In this document: in pieces, positions 7,206-12,064 of the stretch
Numbering within the stretch: position 1 is the first letter of the stretch
How the letters are laid out: the number at the start of each line of letters is the position of its first letter
Origin: an uncultured archaeon
GTDB lineage: Archaea; Asgardarchaeota; Thorarchaeia; Thorarchaeales; Thorarchaeaceae
Direction: 5' to 3'
NCBI GenBank assembly: GCA_964610875.1
Contig: CAZSWP010000067.1
Location: forward strand, 1 to 12,064
Length of the DNA stretch: 12,064 bases
Notes under the pieces: generated by a model
What the model was told of the DNA's origin: nothing
What the model saw: only the letters and a program-made list of their open reading frames with translations
Database searches by the model: none
Program-made: the position numbers and the translations under genes

Positions 7206-9959
7206 ATGAATAGAATACTATCAATTGCATTACTAATCGTTCTTGTAATCGCACCTATGTTTCCTTTGTTTCTTGTGCCCAGATCGGATGATGCATATCA
7301 TTTTGTTGCAGAAATTCCAAATGATTCGGTAGAGTTGGAAAAAACTCAATCCACAATAGACACATCTTTGCAAAGTATTATGTTCTTCACAGGAACACCT
7401 AATTCAAAAAATGGATTCCATTTTGTCTGTAAGAGGGGTATAGAAAATATCGCTTACTTTGGTATCTCTCAAGTAAGATACTACTCAGAAGGTCATGAAT
7501 TCACACTTGAGTTTCCTGGTAGTAATCGCGTAGAACCCGTTGCAGAAGCACACACAAGTTCTACTACAAACTATATAATTGGAAATGAGCCGTCAAGATG
7601 GAGAACTGGAATTCAGGATTTTGCAATTTTACGTTACTCCGAGATTTACCCGGGAATTGATTTACTCTATAAGATACAAGATGGGAACCTGAAATACGAG
7701 TTTATAGTCAGTCCCAACGCGAATCCTGACTGTATCCGATTGCAATATGTAGATGCAGACTGTGTTGAATATTTGGATGATTCTCTTGTCATCAGTAAGG
7801 GTGATGCTTGTATCAAGGATACGGCACTACATGTCTATCAAAACTCTGATCAATCTGAGGTCAGATGTGATTTTTCACTTGAGAATGAAAATAGAATTCG
7901 TTTCGAACTAGGCGAATATGATGTATCTAAACCTCTTGTCATTGATCCAATTCTCTTGGTCTACTCAACATTCATCGGGGGAGGAAATAAGGACAGTATC
8001 TACAGCGTCGCAGTGGAAGATGGTTACATCTATGTAACAGGAGATACATATTCTTGGGACTTTTCACTCATGAACGCATATGATGACACTTTCAATGGCT
8101 CTATTGACGCTTTTGTTGTCAAATTCGCTCCTGACGGTCAATCTATCATCTATAGCACATTCTTAGGAGGCTCTGGGAATGACTACGGACTAGATATCGC
8201 TGTAGAGAATGGTTATGCGTATTTTGTGGGACATACAAGTTCAACGGATTATCCTACATATAATGCGATCAATTCCACATTCAATGGTGGTCCCAGTGAT
8301 GCAGTGATTACCAAGCTCTCTTTGGATGGACAATCTCTGAATTATAGTAGTTATATCGGTGGAGATGATAATGATAAATTTGAAGGTATTGCAGTGGAGA
8401 ATGGATTTGCTTATGCAGCAGGTAGTACGTATAGTGCGAACTACCCACACATAGCCTCATGGGACCCTACATATACAGGGATGGGTGATGCTGTTGTCAC
8501 AAAATTCACTCAAGACGGTCAAAGCTTCGTTTTCAGTACGTTCCTAGGTAACACAGGCAATGACGCAGCCTTGGGCATAGATGTAGAGAATGGAATTTCT
8601 TATGTTACTGGCTCCACATCTTCATCAGCCTTCTATACCTCTGCTTCACCCTTTGATGATACGTACAATGGGGTTTCTGATGTCTTTCTGACAATATATG
8701 CATCTGACGGAATGGGGCTATATAGCACATTCATAGGTGGCGACAGCTCTGACAAGGGTCACGATATAGTTGTAAAGGATGGCTATGCATATATTGTCGG
8801 TCAGACCGGATCAACAGATTTTCCCACCATTAATGCCTTCGATGCAATCGGGGAAGGAGATATTGATTGTTTTGTACTCAAGATGGATAAGAGTGGTCTG
8901 GTACTCTCCTACAGTACATATCTAGGAAGCTCAAAAGTAGATGTGGGATGGGGCATAGCTCTGGATGACGGCTGTGCCGTTGTCACTGGGTGGACTTGGG
9001 ACATCGATTTTCCCACCTATGATGCATTATATGCAACCCATAACGGAGGTATCAGTGATGCATTCGTTACCAAACTCTCAAATGATGGTCAATCACTAGT
9101 CTTCAGTACGTATCTTGGGGGCAGCGATGATGATTATGGACGCGGTATAGCCGTAGAGAATGGGTCGATCTTTGTAGGCGGAACTACAGGCTCTGTTGAC
9201 TATCCAGTAATTGATGCATTCAACTCGACTCCAGATGGGAGTAATGATGATTGCTTCCTGAGCATTCTCTCTTCTGATTCTGATATGGACTCACTCTCTG
9301 ATTGGCACGAGGGTATTTTGGGTACGGATAAGTATTGCATCGATTCTGATAATGATAATTTTCTCGATGGTTACGAGTATGAATACGGTTCAAACCCTGC
9401 TGACCCACTGGACTATCCTGCCATGCCTCAGGATTGGTATGATGAGATCTTTGAAGCGTTAGATGGGAATGAGGCTCAGATTCAGGTCCTTATAGCTCTA
9501 GTGTCAGACAACACTGAATTTCTTAATTCTCTAAATGCTTCACTCTATCTCTTGAATGGAACATATCGCGAAGACTATGACAATGTAACGGAGGCATTAG
9601 ATGAGATTCGAGGTGTTCTTGAGGAACTAGGGGTGACCGTTGGTGACTCTGATTATGATGGACTTGATGATCTGGAGGAACTAGAATATGGAACTGACCT
9701 ATTATGTATCGACACGGACACCGACAATCTCAATGATGCCTTTGAGGTCAAGATTGGTACAGACCCTTTGGATGACGATAGCGACGCGGATTCTTACCTC
9801 GATGGAATTGAAGTCATCGCAGGCTCTGATCCCTTAGACCCACAAAGCTTTCCAGGGTCCTCTGAAGATATGGATCCACTCATACTGGTTCTAGCTATTG
9901 GTGGTATTGGAGTTGTAGTGATTATTATTTTGTCCAAGAAACTGAGAGGACGCAATTAA
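7206..9959 (+). CDS. Membrane-anchored cell-surface protein: signal peptide, conserved N-terminal domain, 7 SBBP beta-propeller repeats, TSP3-like Ca-binding repeats, coiled coil, C-terminal TM anchor
   Basis: The ORF track starts at 7104, but ATG 7206 gives a clean signal peptide (MNRILSIALLIVLVIAPMF) with GGGAG upstream. The N-domain NYIIGNEPSRWRTGI...YSEIYPGIDL...LKYEFIV is typical of SBBP proteins. It has seven YSTFxGGxxxD repeats, DxDxDxxxDxxE repeats, and a TM segment LILVLAIGGIGVVVIIIL followed by SKKLRGRN. Confidence 0.9.
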   Translation: MNRILSIALLIVLVIAPMFPLFLVPRSDDAYHFVAEIPNDSVELEKTQSTIDTSLQSIMFFTGTPNSKNGFHFVCKRGIENIAYFGISQVRYYSEGHEFTLEFPGSNRVEPVAEAHTSSTTNYIIGNEPSRWRTGIQDFAILRYSEIYPGIDLLYKIQDGNLKYEFIVSPNANPDCIRLQYVDADCVEYLDDSLVISKGDACIKDTALHVYQNSDQSEVRCDFSLENENRIRFELGEYDVSKPLVIDPILLVYSTFIGGGNKDSIYSVAVEDGYIYVTGDTYSWDFSLMNAYDDTFNGSIDAFVVKFAPDGQSIIYSTFLGGSGNDYGLDIAVENGYAYFVGHTSSTDYPTYNAINSTFNGGPSDAVITKLSLDGQSLNYSSYIGGDDNDKFEGIAVENGFAYAAGSTYSANYPHIASWDPTYTGMGDAVVTKFTQDGQSFVFSTFLGNTGNDAALGIDVENGISYVTGSTSSSAFYTSASPFDDTYNGVSDVFLTIYASDGMGLYSTFIGGDSSDKGHDIVVKDGYAYIVGQTGSTDFPTINAFDAIGEGDIDCFVLKMDKSGLVLSYSTYLGSSKVDVGWGIALDDGCAVVTGWTWDIDFPTYDALYATHNGGISDAFVTKLSNDGQSLVFSTYLGGSDDDYGRGIAVENGSIFVGGTTGSVDYPVIDAFNSTPDGSNDDCFLSILSSDSDMDSLSDWHEGILGTDKYCIDSDNDNFLDGYEYEYGSNPADPLDYPAMPQDWYDEIFEALDGNEAQIQVLIALVSDNTEFLNSLNASLYLLNGTYREDYDNVTEALDEIRGVLEELGVTVGDSDYDGLDDLEELEYGTDLLCIDTDTDNLNDAFEVKIGTDPLDDDSDADSYLDGIEVIAGSDPLDPQSFPGSSEDMDPLILVLAIGGIGVVVIIILSKKLRGRN
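7956..9269 (+). repeat. Seven ~63-aa SBBP-type beta-propeller repeats
   Basis: Consensus YSTFLGGxxxDxGxxIAVENGYAYVxGxTxSxDFP...DAFVTKxxxDGQS, counted 7 times in the translation. Confidence 0.88.
9276..9842 (+). repeat. Two blocks of TSP3-like Ca-binding repeats (9276-9407 and 9645-9842) separated by a helical spacer
   Basis: The unit DxDxDxLxDxxExxxGTDP occurs 2 times in the first block and 3 times in the second. Confidence 0.8.
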
Positions 9960-9967
9960 GCGAATAA

Positions 9968-9997
9968 GAAGGTCACTAATACAATAGTGTGACCTTC
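9968..9997. terminator. Inverted repeat/hairpin just after the surface-protein stop, between convergent genes
   Basis: Perfect 9-bp arms GAAGGTCAC (9968-9976) / GTGACCTTC (9989-9997) with a 12-nt spacer that allows extra CTA/TAG pairing. A minus-strand T-tract lies nearby (AAAGAAAAA at ~10010-10018). Confidence 0.5.
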
Positions 9998-10140
9998 CAC
10001 TATCCTCTCAAAGAAAAAGGTTCTAGCCACAGATGGTGACAAAGGGAATTGATTTCGGAGGTGGGATATCTATTATCATTGAGTATCCAAGAATTATTTG
10101 ACACTTATCTTTAGTAATCTGAATCTGCTGATACTAGTTC

Positions 10141-12063
10141 TCAAAGGATGATTTCTTCTCTTTCCAAAATACCAATACATTGTGAATGTAATGGGTCTCT
10201 ATTGGATTCAAAATGGTCTGCTATTTTTCTTAACCACCCTCGACATTCTTCTACACATTGTAAGAAAGGTTGCTTTGCACCCAGTGCAGAACCAATAGTG
10301 GGCAGTTGCTTCAAGGTCTTTGACAACCATTCAAGATAGCTGGAATCATTTCCTACAGCTAATACACCGCTCTTAGAATAATTGCCATCTCCCCCTAAGA
10401 AATCACAAAGGAGATCATATGAACTTCTTATATGGTCAATATCTTCTTCTATTTCCACTTCTGGAAGTTTCTGAACAAGTTTGAAGGGCATTGGCTCCCC
10501 ATTTCTCAACATATCTTGATAACTTGAGAGGATGGTCAATAGAGAGTACGCACATTTCGTTTCTTTTACTAGGAGGTCTAAAAATCCTAAACGATTCCAA
10601 GTACTTGGATTGGAGAAGGCGTGGTCAGAAAATGTTATTCTCCCTTTAGTTGATTCTCCTATTCTAAGTGGCCGTAACCAATTAACACCGTAACATAAGG
10701 ATGTAGGTCTATCCTCATTTGTTAAGAAACCTTCTCCTACTGAGAAGCAATGAGAAACAAGTTCATACATCCGTTGACGCAAAACAAAATCCAATGCCAT
10801 TGTCGAGAGAGGTGAAGGATTTGCTGAGTTTTCAGGAAGGATCATATTGATACCATTCACAGGTCCGCGAATTAGTTGATTACTCCTTGTCAACATCACA
10901 CAAAAATCGGGTTCTACAGATTCAGCATCTTTGTAGACTTTCGATACCTCATCAAGTATAGCTCTACTTTGCTCATTGAAAATGAAGGCATTTCCTGAGG
11001 GCATGAAAGTTTCTCTTGACCAGATAAATTCTATCGCAGGATTCTGTATTTTAGAAACCTCTTCGCAATATGACGCGCGATTATGTAGTATTTCCCAGAG
11101 ATAGTGATAGTTTCTATGAGTGAGGGTTTCTAGAAATACCTGTTCTCTAAGAGGATGATGGATCAGGATATATCCAGTTTCTTCGTCCTCTTCTTTTTCT
11201 CTTGTGAAGTAGTGCATATGCTTTCTTGTTATAATCCACGCGCCTGCACCCGTTGCACAATAAGCAAGCGTCTTTGATTCTGCAAAATGCTCTGTTTTAC
11301 GCACATCTCCAACATCAATATTCTCTTCTGTAAGCTGTAGTTCAGGGAGTCCAATATACCAAACATGGTTTGAATCCACAGAGTAGTTTTTCTTTGATAG
11401 ATTGCCATGTTCATATTTATTGATTCTATGTGATGCTAGCAATTTCTCCGTTAGGATTTTCAATTCATTTGGAATGCCATCAAGATGTAATATTCCAGAA
11501 TATCCAATTGTGTTAGATGTGGTGATTTCCTCAATTCTTGAAGATGAGAATATTCTTGATGTGATAGTTGACAAATACTCATTTTCGGATTTTAGGAGTT
11601 CAACTATCGGTGTAGCGTCTTGAGTTGCCCCGAATGAATTCAACCTAAGTAGAAATGTGGGGAATGCAGATTTATCCCTACCAATTGATTCTGAATATCT
11701 TGAGATTGTGTACTGTTGTTGCAGAAATCCCTCAATGAGCATTCTAATGTTACTTTGGTCTTTTAGCATCAACAGGTTACCATCTATCTCATCTTTGAAT
11801 ATCTCTTTTAATAGAAGCCTCTGTTTCCTATCAAGAATTTCAATGTTTGATTTGTTATCAAAAATCTTGATAGTCGTTCGTGTGCCATCTTTGGTACTAA
11901 CCCTATAGCCATTCAATTCTAAAAATGAAGTGTCCAAGGTTGGGTTGACACAGTCAGTATGTTTGAGTTTGAATTCAATCTCATTCAATCCAGAAATTTC
12001 GAAAATGTCCCGGTTCGCGGCCTGTTTTTCTATCTGTATATGATCGTGGATATCTGGAGTCGC
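10141..12063 (-). CDS. Large hypothetical protein (>640 aa), 5'-truncated; C-terminal part possibly a highly diverged Argonaute-like MID/PIWI
   Basis: The frame stays open past TTG 11988 to the window edge (...ATPDIHDHIQIEKQAANRDIFEISG-LNEIEFK), so the start is probably outside the window. Stop TGA at 10143-10141. The ORF length makes coding status secure; the functional call is speculative. Confidence 0.75.
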   Translation of the reverse strand, partial: ATPDIHDHIQIEKQAANRDIFEISGLNEIEFKLKHTDCVNPTLDTSFLELNGYRVSTKDGTRTTIKIFDNKSNIEILDRKQRLLLKEIFKDEIDGNLLMLKDQSNIRMLIEGFLQQQYTISRYSESIGRDKSAFPTFLLRLNSFGATQDATPIVELLKSENEYLSTITSRIFSSSRIEEITTSNTIGYSGILHLDGIPNELKILTEKLLASHRINKYEHGNLSKKNYSVDSNHVWYIGLPELQLTEENIDVGDVRKTEHFAESKTLAYCATGAGAWIITRKHMHYFTREKEEDEETGYILIHHPLREQVFLETLTHRNYHYLWEILHNRASYCEEVSKIQNPAIEFIWSRETFMPSGNAFIFNEQSRAILDEVSKVYKDAESVEPDFCVMLTRSNQLIRGPVNGINMILPENSANPSPLSTMALDFVLRQRMYELVSHCFSVGEGFLTNEDRPTSLCYGVNWLRPLRIGESTKGRITFSDHAFSNPSTWNRLGFLDLLVKETKCAYSLLTILSSYQDMLRNGEPMPFKLVQKLPEVEIEEDIDHIRSSYDLLCDFLGGDGNYSKSGVLAVGNDSSYLEWLSKTLKQLPTIGSALGAKQPFLQCVEECRGWLRKIADHFESNRDPLHSQCIGILEREEIIL

Positions 12064-12064
12064 A

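Noticed and set aside
7956-9269. Repeats as a CRISPR array or a diversity-generating retroelement TR/VR pair
   Set aside because: The repeats are degenerate, in-frame protein repeats. I saw no identical DNA repeats, no adenine-specific mismatch pair and no reverse transcriptase.
9968-10143. Selenocysteine readthrough of TGA 10141-10143 with the nearby hairpin as a SECIS; also TAG readthrough at 2515 and 3225
   Set aside because: Each frame meets another stop within about 10-12 codons, and the hairpin lacks the unpaired GAA/A internal loop of an archaeal SECIS.
682-11908. The many 60-102 aa ORFs in the track that overlap the long CDSs (e.g. 1504..1812-, 4101..4379-, 4952..5248-, 6690..6959+, 11657..11908+)
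   Set aside because: They lie antisense or out of frame within well-supported genes and show no recognisable motifs; they are shadow ORFs.
11986-11988. TTG 11988 as the start of the last ORF
   Set aside because: The frame is open to the window edge with protein-like sequence, so the gene is most likely truncated by the window.

Overview
A gene-dense 12-kb window with eight plausible CDSs. I found no rRNA, tRNA, CRISPR array or mobile element. The Shine-Dalgarno-like sites (GGTGA/GGAGG), TTG/GTG starts, T-tract gene ends and protein families suggest an archaeon. The short 24-aa LRR protein and the SBBP/Ca-repeat surface protein point to Asgard Thorarchaeia; this taxonomy is an inference. Gene order: (+) 5'-truncated PLP fold-type II enzyme distantly like cysteine synthase; (+) LRR protein; (+) small orphan carrying a HhH-GPD DNA-glycosylase Lys/Asp dyad; (+) prolyl oligopeptidase S9A; (-) degenerate GNAT-fold-like protein; (-) iron-sulfur flavoprotein/flavodoxin-like protein with a Cys-to-Asp ligand change; (+) membrane-anchored 7-blade SBBP beta-propeller surface protein with Ca-binding repeats flanking a coiled coil; (-) large 5'-truncated orphan. 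Two leads stand out. The first is the orphan HhH glycosylase, which has an intact catalytic dyad but lacks the known specificity marks. The second is the last ORF, whose C-terminal part shows weak motif matches, in the right order, to Argonaute L2-MID-PIWI without the catalytic Asp residues. The Argonaute call is a by-eye hypothesis and needs HMM or structure confirmation.
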